A DNA stretch of 64,000 nucleotides, taken from NCBI GenBank assembly GCA_021159005.1, contig JAGGSN010000206.1, positions 26,260 to 90,259 of the forward strand. The letters run 5' to 3'. The notes below the pieces were generated by a model. That model saw only the letters and a program-made list of their open reading frames with translations, made no database searches and was not told the origin of the DNA. A program made the position numbers and the translations under genes. Shown here piece after piece: positions 39,272 through 49,158 of the stretch; position 1 is the stretch's first letter; each line of letters starts with the position of its first letter. The stretch comes from Candidatus Zixiibacteriota bacterium. Lineage in GTDB: Bacteria > Zixibacteria > MSB-5A5 > UBA10806 > 4484-95.

Positions 39272-40389
39272 GTGATCTAATTAAAGATATACAGCATAAT
39301 GAAGATGAATTTATAATCAATATGGGGCCACAGCACCCCTCCACTCATGGTGTGCTGCGTCTTATCCTTAAGATGAAGGGCGAATTCATTATGGATTTAA
39401 TTCCTGATGTTGGGTTTCTTCATCGTTCATTGGAAAAAATAGCTGAGAACCGCACTTATGCTCAGTTTATGCCGTTTACCGACCGAGTTGACTATTGCGC
39501 CTCCATACCCTGCAATTTTGCCTGGGCGGTTGCAGTGGAGAAGCTTGCTGAAATCGAGATACCCGACAGAGCGCAGTATTTGCGGGTTATTATGGCTGAG
39601 TTGAATCGAATTGCCTCGCATCTTGTTTGGCTTGGCACAATGTCGCTCGATTTAGGCGCGTTTACTCCGTTTCTGTATGCTTTCCGCGAACGGGAACAGA
39701 TTCTGGATATGTTCGAGATGACTTGCGGTCAGAGGCTTACATATAATTATATGAGAATCGGCGGAGTATCCAAGGATGTGCCGCCTAAATTTTATAAAAG
39801 ATGTAAAGACTTCACTGTAGATTTTCGCAAGAAAGTTGATGATTATGAGGCTCTTTTAACATATAACCCGATATTCTTAACCCGCACCAAAAATGTCGCT
39901 ATTTTACCTGTTGATGATGCTCTTAATTATGGTGCCAGCGGACCAACAATAAGGGCATCCGGACATGATTGGGACCTGCGAAAGACTCATCCATATTCAT
40001 CTTATGATAAATTTAATTTTGAAATCCCGACCGGAAAAACCGGCGATGTTTGGGATAGATATTTAGTTCGCATCCGCGAGATGCGTATATGCTGTGATAT
40101 TATCGATCAGGCATTAGAGGGATTGCCTGAAGGTCCGATAATGGCGAGAGTGCCGAAAATGTTTAAGCCCAAGCCAAACGAGGTATATTCGCGAATCGAA
40201 GCTCCGCGCGGCGAGATGGGCTATTATATTATCTCGGATGGCACAACAAAGCCATACCGGGTGAAAATCCGCACAGCCTCATTTGCCCATGTTCAGCTTA
40301 TGAATTATCTATGCAAGGGCTGGAAAATAGCCGACTTGGTGGCGATTTTCGGTTCGCTGGATATTGTTCTGCCGGAGGTTGACCGTTAA
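39268..40389 (+). CDS. nuoD: Complex I subunit D
   Basis: NMGPQHPSTHGVLR, GFLHRSLEK, DRVDY, ELNRIASHL, EAPRGE and DIVLPEVDR. Confidence 0.95.
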   Translation: MSDLIKDIQHNEDEFIINMGPQHPSTHGVLRLILKMKGEFIMDLIPDVGFLHRSLEKIAENRTYAQFMPFTDRVDYCASIPCNFAWAVAVEKLAEIEIPDRAQYLRVIMAELNRIASHLVWLGTMSLDLGAFTPFLYAFREREQILDMFEMTCGQRLTYNYMRIGGVSKDVPPKFYKRCKDFTVDFRKKVDDYEALLTYNPIFLTRTKNVAILPVDDALNYGASGPTIRASGHDWDLRKTHPYSSYDKFNFEIPTGKTGDVWDRYLVRIREMRICCDIIDQALEGLPEGPIMARVPKMFKPKPNEVYSRIEAPRGEMGYYIISDGTTKPYRVKIRTASFAHVQLMNYLCKGWKIADLVAIFGSLDIVLPEVDR

Positions 40390-41444
40390 TGCTGGAATTA
40401 ACTGGGATTCTGCAATGGGTTGTTAGTATTGTTGTCGGCATCTCCGAATCATTGGGCTTGCCGGCTATTGTATCTGATATAGTGTTGATGCTCCTAACTA
40501 TTGTTGCGATTGTTGTATTCTTATTGATAATGTGCTTATTCTTGGTCTGGTGGGAACGAAAAGTTTCGGCTCATATTCAGGATAGATTAGGACCAATGAT
40601 GGCTGGCTGGCATGGTTGGTATCAGACTATCGCGGATGCCCTTAAACTATTGCAAAAAGAAGATATAATCGTTAAATCGGCAGATAGAAAAGTGCATTTC
40701 TGGGCACCGGTAATAGTTTTCACTGTTTGTTTGGCGGCTTATGCTGTTATACCATTCGGCAAAGGATTAATCGCCTCTGATGTGAGCATCGGCTTATTAT
40801 ATATACTTGCTATTACAAGCTTTACTGTTATCGCCCTGCTGATGGCGGGCTGGGGCTCCAATAATAAATATGCTCTTCTTGGCGGTATGCGTTCTGCAGC
40901 GCAGATAGTTTCCTATGAGGTGCCGCTTACTCTTTCGGTGCTTGGCGTTGTCTTGATGTCGGGTTCGCTTTCGATGTATCATTTTGTTGAAGTTCAGACT
41001 GATTGTTTCTGGAACTGGTATATCTGGCCTCAGCTTCTCGGATTTTTCATATATATTAGCGCGGCTACGGCCGAATTGAACCGAACACCGTTCGACCTTC
41101 CCGAAGCTGAACAGGAATTAGTTGCCGGCTTTAATATCGAGTATTCGGGCATGAAGTTCGCCATGTTCTTCCTTGCCGAATTTTTGAATATGTTTACCGC
41201 TTCGGCGATTGCCACTACTTTATTTTTAGGAGGCTGGCAGCCGCCATTACCGGGACTGGATTTTATCCCGTCATATTTATGGTTTATAGGCAAATCATTG
41301 TTTTTAGTTTTTGTAATTATGTGGTTTAAGTGGACTTATCCTCGTTTAAGGGTTGACCATCTGATGGCATTCGCCTGGAAGATTCTATTGCCCTTAGCGT
41401 TTGTTAATATAATTCTTACAGCTTTGGGAGTTTATTTCTTTTAG
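40389..41444 (+). CDS. nuoH: Complex I subunit H
   Basis: ERKVSAHIQDRLGP, ADALKLL, AAQIVSYE, NRTPFDLPEAEQEL and YPRLRVD. Confidence 0.96.
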   Translation: MLELTGILQWVVSIVVGISESLGLPAIVSDIVLMLLTIVAIVVFLLIMCLFLVWWERKVSAHIQDRLGPMMAGWHGWYQTIADALKLLQKEDIIVKSADRKVHFWAPVIVFTVCLAAYAVIPFGKGLIASDVSIGLLYILAITSFTVIALLMAGWGSNNKYALLGGMRSAAQIVSYEVPLTLSVLGVVLMSGSLSMYHFVEVQTDCFWNWYIWPQLLGFFIYISAATAELNRTPFDLPEAEQELVAGFNIEYSGMKFAMFFLAEFLNMFTASAIATTLFLGGWQPPLPGLDFIPSYLWFIGKSLFLVFVIMWFKWTYPRLRVDHLMAFAWKILLPLAFVNIILTALGVYFF

Positions 41445-41446
41445 TT

Positions 41447-42037
41447 ATGGCATTTGTAGGAGAATTTTTCAGCGGAATATACAACCTGTATTTGGGGTTG
41501 AAAACCACCCTTAAATATCTGCCGGGACGAGCGATTACCATTCAGTATCCCAAAGAAAAGATGGAGATGTTCGAGCGTTTCCGGGGGATGCCGGTATTGC
41601 TGTCAAATCTTGAAACCGGCAAGCTTAACTGCAATGCCTGCTTGCTTTGCCAGAAAGCCTGCCCGGTTGGCGCGATTACGATAAAACAGGCTGAGGACAA
41701 AGATCCGGATACCGGCAAACGCTACCCTGTGCGTTTTGAGTTGAATACGCTAATATGCTGTTTCTGCGGATTATGCGAGGAAGCCTGCAATTTCGATGCG
41801 ATAAAGATGTCTGGCAAATATGAGTTTGCCACTACTAATAAGGAAGAATTGTTTTACGACATGAAAAAGCTTCAGGAAGTCGGTCGTGATGTGAAATACA
41901 CGCCTAAGAAAAAACGTCCGGCAAGAAAACCAGCTGATAAAACCGACAAGAAACCAGAAGCTAAATCCGAACCTACACCTGATGATGCTAAAGACACAAA
42001 ACCGGATAAACCTCAAAATCCGGAGGATAAGCAATGA
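41447..42037 (+). CDS. nuoI: Complex I subunit I (2x4Fe-4S) with charged C-terminal tail
   Basis: TIQYP, CNACLLCQKACP and CCFCGLCEEAC. Confidence 0.93.
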   Translation: MAFVGEFFSGIYNLYLGLKTTLKYLPGRAITIQYPKEKMEMFERFRGMPVLLSNLETGKLNCNACLLCQKACPVGAITIKQAEDKDPDTGKRYPVRFELNTLICCFCGLCEEACNFDAIKMSGKYEFATTNKEELFYDMKKLQEVGRDVKYTPKKKRPARKPADKTDKKPEAKSEPTPDDAKDTKPDKPQNPEDKQ

Positions 42038-42534
42038 ACCTCGCAATCTTTTATGTTTTAGCAATTATGGCCGGCGTTTCCGCACTTATGGTTGTAACAT
42101 TGAAAAATATATTTCATTCGGCCTTGTTTTTAGTGTTGACCCTTTTTTCGGTGGCTGGGATATATGTGCTTTTGGGCGCCGAGTTCTTAGCCGGTGTTCA
42201 GGTTTTGATATATGTGGGCGCGATTACAATATTAATGATATTTGCTATTATGCTGACTTATCAGATTAACAATAAAAGCATAAAACAGGTAAATGAGCAG
42301 GTTGTACCGGCAAGTCTGATTGTTTTGATATTTTTTGGGATGTCCTTATTTACATTATTCAAAACAGGCTGGTCGGTCGGCGATGGAAGTTTGCCTGAAC
42401 GTAATACATTCGAGCTTGGCAGGCAGTTGCTATCAACATATGTGGTCCCTTTTGAGGTTGTTTCGATAGTCCTTCTCGTGGCGCTAATCGGGGCGATAAT
42501 TATCGCCCGTCAGGATAAACAGAAGGAGAATTGA
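42034..42534 (+). CDS. nuoJ: Complex I subunit J
   Basis: NIFHSAL, AEFLAGVQVLIYVGAITIL and PFEVVSIVLLVALIGAI. Confidence 0.95.
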   Translation: MNLAIFYVLAIMAGVSALMVVTLKNIFHSALFLVLTLFSVAGIYVLLGAEFLAGVQVLIYVGAITILMIFAIMLTYQINNKSIKQVNEQVVPASLIVLIFFGMSLFTLFKTGWSVGDGSLPERNTFELGRQLLSTYVVPFEVVSIVLLVALIGAIIIARQDKQKEN

Positions 42535-42536
42535 TA

Positions 42537-42848
42537 ATGGAACCGACCTTGACTCATTTCTTAGTATTGGGCGCAGTTCTCTTCGCATTGGGGATATTTG
42601 GAATTCTTACTCGCCGCAATGCTATTGGTATATTGATGGCGATTGAATTATTGTTCAATGCCGCAGGAATCAATTTTGTGGCATTTACAAAGTTTATAGC
42701 CCCGGAGGGTATCGCGGGGCATGTGTTTACTGTTTTTATTATTACTATCGCTGCCGCTGAGGCCGCTGTTGGCTTGGCGATTGTGATGTTAGTTTATCGT
42801 AATTTTAAAGGCATTGAAGTAGACAAAATTAATTTCATGAAATGGTAG
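42537..42848 (+). CDS. nuoK: Complex I subunit K
   Basis: RRNAI, IELLFNA and AAAEAAVGLAI; ATG 42537 lies 8 nt after AAGGAG. Confidence 0.95.
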   Translation: MEPTLTHFLVLGAVLFALGIFGILTRRNAIGILMAIELLFNAAGINFVAFTKFIAPEGIAGHVFTVFIITIAAAEAAVGLAIVMLVYRNFKGIEVDKINFMKW

Positions 42849-42855
42849 GCTGAAA

Positions 42856-45054
42856 ATGACAGAATACAGTTGGCTGATACCGTTATTCCCCCTATTCGGG
42901 TTCATAATGATTATATTTTTCCTGAATCGCAACAATAAGCTATCAAGTTATTTCAGCATCGCTATGGTTTTGATATCATTTATCCTATCGGTAAAAGTAT
43001 TATTTGAGGTTTTAGCTCATCCTACCCCTTATATGATGTTTGTCGACTGGCTTGTCTGGAGCGATTTTATTCTGCCAATGGGCATATATATCGACCCGTT
43101 AGCGGCGGTGATGCTGATTGTCGTAACTGTTGTATCATCGCTGGTTCATATATACTCAGTCGGCTATATGCACGGCGACCCGCGGTTTGCCAGATTCTTT
43201 GCTTATCTTGGGTTGTTCACATTCTCGATGCTTGGCTTGGTAATTGCCGGTTCGTATGTCTTAGTGTTAGTTTTCTGGGAATTAGTGGGCCTTACATCTT
43301 ATTTATTGATTGGCTTCTATTTCGAGAAAGATTCAGCCGCCAATGCTGGCAAGAAAGCATTTATTACAACTAAATTAGCCGATCTTGGCTTCACTGTTGG
43401 TTTAGTGCTTATGATATTCGCAATTGGCACCGCTACATTGCCTGAAGTGAATCAGAAAATAGAAAGCCTCAAAGTTGCCGCCGGAATTGTTGATGAAAGC
43501 TCCGGCCATCACGGTTCGAGTGAAGCGGCTCATAATAGCGGAGTTGTTAATGCCGCCGAAGTTGAGCATTATGGCGAGGAAAATACTAACAATGAACCTG
43601 AAAATATAGTTAGAGACACTCTCGTTCCGGGTTTTGAAAAAGCTGACCATGGCCATCATGGTTCTGAGACCGTAGAGCATGAGATTGAAGATACTCCTCA
43701 TACCGCTGCAACTATCGATGAATCGATGACCAAGGAAGAAGCCAACCATACTCTTTGGTTAATCGGCATCGCCGGATTGCTGATGTTTATGGGCGCTTGC
43801 GGCAAATCGGCGCAATTCCCGTTCCATGTCTGGCTTCCGGATGCTATGGAGGGTCCGACACCTGTTTCCGCATTGATTCATGCCGCTACAATGGTCGCCG
43901 CCGGTGTGTATTTAACCGCGCGATTAATGGGGATAATACTGGCATTTGAAACTATGGCTATGGTAGTGGCGACAATAGGCGCAATCACGGCTTTTATGGC
44001 GGCTTCTATCGGCTTAGTTCAAAACGACATCAAACGCGTGCTGGCGTTCTCGACAGTTTCTCAGCTTGGCTACATGATGATGGCGCTTGGTCTTGGCGGT
44101 TATGCTGCCGGCACTTTCCATCTTTTCACTCATGCCTTTTTCAAATCCTTGCTGTTTTTAGCTGCCGGTTCGGTCATTCATGCCGTGCATACTAATAGTA
44201 TTCAGGAAATGGGCGGTCTTCATAGCAAAATGAAGATTACATCGATAACGTTTTTAATCGCTTCTTTGTCGATTTCAGGAATTTTCCCGCTATCGGGTTT
44301 CTGGTCTAAAGATGAAATATTCGCAGTGGCTTTCGAAGGCGGCCATTATATTTTCTTGGCCGTAGGTTTAGCGGCGGCTTTCATGACAGCCTTTTATATG
44401 TTCCGTCTCTATTTTATGACCTTTACCGGCAAGCCGCGAGACCAGCATGCTTATGACCATGCTCACGAATCGCCATACAGCATGACTGTGCCGCTGATGA
44501 TATTGGCTTTCTTAGCGGTATTTGCCGGCTGGTGGGGTATTCCCTGGCTAAATGCAAATTACGCCAGCTTCGTGTTTTTTGGCCATCCCCATCATGCGGT
44601 TCCGAATCTGCTTCTTATGGGATTCTCGTTAGTTTTAGCTCTTTCCGGTATATGGCTTGCGTATATGATGTATTACAAGAAATCCATTTCTTATGAGGCA
44701 ATGGGCGCAAGATTCAAAACGATTTATATATTATTATACAATAAATATTATTTCGATGAGCTTTACATGGCAACCATCATTAATCCCGTCTATTACATTA
44801 TGGAGAAAGTATTCAGATTCGATGTGTTGGTTATTGATGGCGCTGTAAATGGCGTAGGCAAATTAACGCTCTTATGGTCACGGGCTAAAGAGCGTTTTGA
44901 TACATATGTAATAGATGGCGCCGTCAATGGAGCAGGTTATTTATCGCTGGCTATGGGCAGGATTATCAGAAAAACCCAGACCGGTCAGCTTCAAACTTAT
45001 GCTCTGGTGATATTTTTGGGCGCAATAATATTGATTTTCATGAAATATGTTTGA
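42856..45054 (+). CDS. nuoL: Complex I subunit L with ~90-aa His/acidic-rich insertion
   Basis: YSVGYMHGD, WELVGLTSYLLIGF, GKSAQFPFHVWLPDAMEGPTPVSALIHAATMV, DIKRVLAFST and THAFFK. Confidence 0.96.
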   Translation: MTEYSWLIPLFPLFGFIMIIFFLNRNNKLSSYFSIAMVLISFILSVKVLFEVLAHPTPYMMFVDWLVWSDFILPMGIYIDPLAAVMLIVVTVVSSLVHIYSVGYMHGDPRFARFFAYLGLFTFSMLGLVIAGSYVLVLVFWELVGLTSYLLIGFYFEKDSAANAGKKAFITTKLADLGFTVGLVLMIFAIGTATLPEVNQKIESLKVAAGIVDESSGHHGSSEAAHNSGVVNAAEVEHYGEENTNNEPENIVRDTLVPGFEKADHGHHGSETVEHEIEDTPHTAATIDESMTKEEANHTLWLIGIAGLLMFMGACGKSAQFPFHVWLPDAMEGPTPVSALIHAATMVAAGVYLTARLMGIILAFETMAMVVATIGAITAFMAASIGLVQNDIKRVLAFSTVSQLGYMMMALGLGGYAAGTFHLFTHAFFKSLLFLAAGSVIHAVHTNSIQEMGGLHSKMKITSITFLIASLSISGIFPLSGFWSKDEIFAVAFEGGHYIFLAVGLAAAFMTAFYMFRLYFMTFTGKPRDQHAYDHAHESPYSMTVPLMILAFLAVFAGWWGIPWLNANYASFVFFGHPHHAVPNLLLMGFSLVLALSGIWLAYMMYYKKSISYEAMGARFKTIYILLYNKYYFDELYMATIINPVYYIMEKVFRFDVLVIDGAVNGVGKLTLLWSRAKERFDTYVIDGAVNGAGYLSLAMGRIIRKTQTGQLQTYALVIFLGAIILIFMKYV

Positions 45055-45069
45055 TAGAGGAGGAATCAA

Positions 45070-46542
45070 GTGGATTTTCCAATACTTACTTTTTTAACCT
45101 TTTTCCCGCTTTTGGGCATGATAGCAGTAATGCTTTTGCCAAAAAACAGCGACCGTTCAGTCAAATGGACTGCCGTATTCTTTTCGTTTGTTCCTTTGGT
45201 TGCCTCCGTTTTTCTTGTAGCAAATTATGATTACACGGTTTCGACAATACAATTCATTGAAAGATACACTTGGTTTCCTCAGGTCAACATTAATTATTTT
45301 ATGGGTGCTGATGGTTTATCTGTGCCGATGCTGTTTCTAACAGCTTTACTATCATTTATATCGATAATAGTCTCGTTCGGCATCAAAGAGCGAGTGAAAG
45401 AGTATTTCGCCTGGTTTTTACTTTTAGAGGTTGGCATGATGGGCGTGTTTTGCGCGCTCGACTTTTTCCTTTTCTATTTATTCTGGGAAATCATGTTGGT
45501 GCCGATGTACTTTCTTATCGGTGTTTGGGGTGGTCCAAGACGAGAATATGCGGCTATTAAGTTCTTTTTATATACGTTATTTGGGTCGGTTTTCATGCTG
45601 ATTGGTATTCTGGCGTTGTATTTCACAACCGGCACGCTTGATATGATGGAATTAATAGCCAACAACTACCTGTATACACGCACTTTCCAGCTCTGGATTT
45701 TTGCCGCCTTCTTTATCGGTTTTGCAATTAAGGTTCCTGTCTGGCCGTTCCATACATGGCTTCCGGATGCTCACGTTGAGGCGCCAACCGCTGTTTCGGT
45801 GATTCTGGCTGGTATCCTTCTGAAAATGGGAACATACGGCATTCTGCGCATCAGCTATCCAATGTTTCCCGAGGCAACGGTTTATTTTGCGAAATGGATT
45901 GCGGTTTTGGGCATGATAGGCATTATATATGGCGCTTTAGTATCGATGGCACAGAAAGATTTGAAGAAGCTGGTGGCATATTCGTCGGTTTCGCACATGG
46001 GGTTTTGCTTACTGGGCATGGCCGCCATCAATACGGTGGGAATATCCGGCTGCTTATTTCAGATGTTTTCGCATGGCGTAATTACAGGCGCCCTATTTAT
46101 TTTAGTGGGCGTAATTTATGATAGAGCCCATACTCGTGAGATTGCCGCTTTCGGAGGGCTTGGCGCAAAGCTTCCGGTTTACACAGGCATATTCGTTTTG
46201 TTTGGCATGGCAGCGCTTGGCTTGCCAAGCATGTCCGGGTTTGTTTCCGAGTTTATGATATTTGTTGGTTCGTTTACCTCGGTATATGTTCCCACTTGGA
46301 TGGTTATAGTATCCGTGCTCGGCGTTATTTTGGGCGCTGCATATATTTTAAGGATGATTCAACATGTATTCCTGGGCAAGTTCAATACTCGCTGGGATGG
46401 TTTAACAGAGATCAACGGCCGCGAAATTTTCACTATAGTTCCGCTGGCAATATTAACTATTCTGATTGGCGTATATCCCACAAGCTTGAATATGTTTTTA
46501 AAGGCTACAGTGGAAAATCTGGTTAAGCTGATTATAGGTTAA
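45070..46542 (+). CDS. nuoM: Complex I subunit M
   Basis: FWEIMLVPMY, AIKVPVWPFHTWLPDAHVEAP, LLKMG and LVAYSSVSHMG. Confidence 0.96.
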   Translation: MDFPILTFLTFFPLLGMIAVMLLPKNSDRSVKWTAVFFSFVPLVASVFLVANYDYTVSTIQFIERYTWFPQVNINYFMGADGLSVPMLFLTALLSFISIIVSFGIKERVKEYFAWFLLLEVGMMGVFCALDFFLFYLFWEIMLVPMYFLIGVWGGPRREYAAIKFFLYTLFGSVFMLIGILALYFTTGTLDMMELIANNYLYTRTFQLWIFAAFFIGFAIKVPVWPFHTWLPDAHVEAPTAVSVILAGILLKMGTYGILRISYPMFPEATVYFAKWIAVLGMIGIIYGALVSMAQKDLKKLVAYSSVSHMGFCLLGMAAINTVGISGCLFQMFSHGVITGALFILVGVIYDRAHTREIAAFGGLGAKLPVYTGIFVLFGMAALGLPSMSGFVSEFMIFVGSFTSVYVPTWMVIVSVLGVILGAAYILRMIQHVFLGKFNTRWDGLTEINGREIFTIVPLAILTILIGVYPTSLNMFLKATVENLVKLIIG

Positions 46543-46548
46543 TAAGCT

Positions 46549-47151
46549 ATGTCGAGCCAGCAGAGGAAGAGAACCATTTTGGTTATCACTCATCTTTATC
46601 CGCGGTTTGAAGGCTGCACGATGGCTCCTTTTCTGGGAATATGGGCGGAAAATTTGGCTAAACAATATAATATGATAATACTGGTACCCCGTCACGAAAA
46701 GGCTTTGCCTGAAAGAAACGGTGTTAAGTTGGTATATTTTGGATATTTTTTTAAATCGTTAGAGAAATTTTCATATACATCAAGTCTTTTTGCCAAAGTA
46801 CGGAAATTTAATATATTGTATCAATTATTAGCAATATTTTATTTTATTAGCTACACCTACAAATGCCTGATTATCGCCAGAGACATGAAACCCGATATTA
46901 TTCATAGCCACTGGTTTGTCCCGGCTGGCTTAGTTGGCCATATAACATCCGTATTTACTGGCATACCCCATGTTGTTTCAGTATACAGCGATGGTTTTTT
47001 AATTAAAACAAATCCGATTTTACGTTTGGTTGCCCGGATAATTTTTAATCGGGCTAAATCGGTTATAGCCATATCGAAGTCAATCAAAGAATATGTTGAT
47101 TTAATTTATCCCGACGCCGAGGTTGTTTACCCATGCAATCGACTGTTTTAA
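46549..47151 (+). CDS. GT4-family glycosyltransferase, N-terminal (acceptor) domain only
   Basis: ILVITHLYP, MKPDIIHSHWFVPAG, GIPHVVSVY and VIAISKSIKE; stops right after EVVYP. Confidence 0.75.
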   Translation: MSSQQRKRTILVITHLYPRFEGCTMAPFLGIWAENLAKQYNMIILVPRHEKALPERNGVKLVYFGYFFKSLEKFSYTSSLFAKVRKFNILYQLLAIFYFISYTYKCLIIARDMKPDIIHSHWFVPAGLVGHITSVFTGIPHVVSVYSDGFLIKTNPILRLVARIIFNRAKSVIAISKSIKEYVDLIYPDAEVVYPCNRLF

Positions 47152-47690
47152 CCGTAGGGCGGTTAGTGCCGCGCAAAGGACAGATTTATCTTATAGATGC
47201 GATGCGTAAGCTAGTTGATGAGGGCATGGATTTGAAGCTGGTTATTATCGGTATTGGCCCCGAGGAAAACCGGCTGAGAGAAAGAGCCAAGGGCTTGGAT
47301 TTTCGCTTGGAACTTATTATAAGCGATGAACAGCTTGAACAAGAATATAAGAACGCCGATGTTTTCGTTCTGCCCTCGATTACAGATGAACAAGGCGAAA
47401 AAGAAGGCTTGGGGCTGGTGCTGTTAGAGTCGATGCATTTTAAACTGCCTGTAATAGCTTTCGATAATGGCGGCGTAAGCGAGGTTGTTATTGATGGCTA
47501 TAATGGCATTCTTCTTCAGGAAAAAGATGTCGATGGTTTAGCTGTCTCAATTAAGAAAGTTTTAACTGATAAAGAGTTCAGTGATAAACTTGTTGAAACG
47601 GCATATAAGGATGCGCATAAACGTTTTTCAGTCGAGACGATTGTTAATCAGCAGGCTGAAATATATGATAGAGTATTAGAGCACAGATAG
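47133..47690 (+). CDS. GT4-family glycosyltransferase, C-terminal (donor-binding) domain only
   Basis: VLTVGRLVPRKG, ADVFVLPS, EGLGLVLLE (EX7E) and PVIAFDNGGVSEVV; own ATG overlapping the upstream ORF by 19 nt. Confidence 0.85.
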   Translation: MQSTVLTVGRLVPRKGQIYLIDAMRKLVDEGMDLKLVIIGIGPEENRLRERAKGLDFRLELIISDEQLEQEYKNADVFVLPSITDEQGEKEGLGLVLLESMHFKLPVIAFDNGGVSEVVIDGYNGILLQEKDVDGLAVSIKKVLTDKEFSDKLVETAYKDAHKRFSVETIVNQQAEIYDRVLEHR

Positions 47691-47721
47691 ATTGCAATTG
47701 TAATAAAGGCAGGATGTTAAA

Positions 47722-49158
47722 ATGGACTTTGCAGATATTAATTTCAGACTGATAGCGCCGGAAGTATTTTTATTTTTATGGTCGTTATTGATTCTATTTC
47801 TCGGTATAAAAAAGCAGGATAAAAGCCCTCGAACATTGGGGATATTATCTATTATTGGATTGTTAGCAGCCTTAGCTCTTTCAATGAATACTTCAAGCGG
47901 CACTTTCTTCGGACAAACATTTATTGTCGATGATTATGCGCGAGCATTCAAGCTTATTTTTATCCTGTCAGCCGCGCTTACTATAATGGGTTCGATTGAT
48001 TACATCGCTAAAAGGCTGATTCACCAGGGCGAGTTTTTCTCCCTTCTATTATTATGCACAACTGGTATGATGTTTTTATCATCTGCAGGCGAGCTGATTT
48101 CAATGTATGTTGCCTTAGAACTGTCGACAATTTCTCTATATATTCTGGCGGCATACAGGAAGAAAGACTTAAAATCAACCGAAGCAGGCCTTAAATATCT
48201 GATTTTGGGAGCTGTCTCTTCCGGAATTTTACTATACGGACTTTCGCTTATCTATGGCTTGACCGGAACGACTGTCATGAGCGAAATCGGCAAACGTCTG
48301 TTCCTTGGCCCGGATACAAATCTGGCGACCTATTTTGCTATAATAATGTTTATGGCTGGCTTTGGGTTCAAGCTTGCCGCCGCGCCTTTCCATATGTGGG
48401 CACCGGATGTTTACGAGGGTGCGCCGACACCGGTTACTGCTTTCCTGTCGGTAGCATCAAAAGCCGCCGGTTTAACCGCTTTTGTAAGATTATTCTTCGA
48501 GTCGCTGTTAATTGCCAAATCCGAATGGGTGATTATCCTCGAGGTTGTAGCGATACTGGCAATGGTGATTGGTAATGTTGTTGCCCTTTTGCAGAAAAAT
48601 ATCAAGCGAATGCTGGCTTATTCATCAATTGCTCAGGTGGGGTATGTTTTAGTTGCTTTAGCGGCTGGAATTGATTTATCGGTTGGTTCCATGATGATAT
48701 TCTTAATTGCTTACCTGTTCGCTAATATTGGCGCTTTTATTATCGTGATTGCCTTTTCAAATGATACCGGTTCCGACCAGATTAAGGATTATTGCGGCCT
48801 TATGAAACGTTCGCCAGTTGCCGCAATTATTATGTCAATATTTATGCTCTCGCTGTCTGGTATACCACCAACAGCCGGTTTTTTCGCAAAGTACTGGCTT
48901 TTTGCCGCCGCCGTTAAAGAAGGCTTGTATTGGCTGGTTGTCATAGCTGTTATAACATCCGTAATATCGCTGTTTTATTATATGAATGTCGTTAGAGTAA
49001 TGATGTTTCATCAACCTGAAGAAAATACGGCCATTTCTCTTTCGGGTATGGTTAAGGTTAGCCTTGGCATAAGCGTTATAGTTGTTTTGATAATGTGCAT
49101 TATACCCGGCGTATTTTATAATTGGGCATTGAGTGCATCTACAATATTCAGATTTTAA
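47722..49158 (+). CDS. nuoN: Complex I subunit N
   Basis: ALELSTISLY, EAGLKYLILG, FKLAAAPFHMWAPDVYEGAP, NIKRMLAYSSIAQ and GIPPTAGFFAK. Confidence 0.96.
   Translation: MDFADINFRLIAPEVFLFLWSLLILFLGIKKQDKSPRTLGILSIIGLLAALALSMNTSSGTFFGQTFIVDDYARAFKLIFILSAALTIMGSIDYIAKRLIHQGEFFSLLLLCTTGMMFLSSAGELISMYVALELSTISLYILAAYRKKDLKSTEAGLKYLILGAVSSGILLYGLSLIYGLTGTTVMSEIGKRLFLGPDTNLATYFAIIMFMAGFGFKLAAAPFHMWAPDVYEGAPTPVTAFLSVASKAAGLTAFVRLFFESLLIAKSEWVIILEVVAILAMVIGNVVALLQKNIKRMLAYSSIAQVGYVLVALAAGIDLSVGSMMIFLIAYLFANIGAFIIVIAFSNDTGSDQIKDYCGLMKRSPVAAIIMSIFMLSLSGIPPTAGFFAKYWLFAAAVKEGLYWLVVIAVITSVISLFYYMNVVRVMMFHQPEENTAISLSGMVKVSLGISVIVVLIMCIIPGVFYNWALSASTIFRF

Noticed and set aside
39268-40389. NuoD as a group 4 NiFe-hydrogenase large subunit
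   Set aside because: No RxCGxC or DPCxxC motifs; the C-terminus is the NuoD-type DIVLPEVDR. The two Cys in DYCASIPC are not in NiFe spacing.
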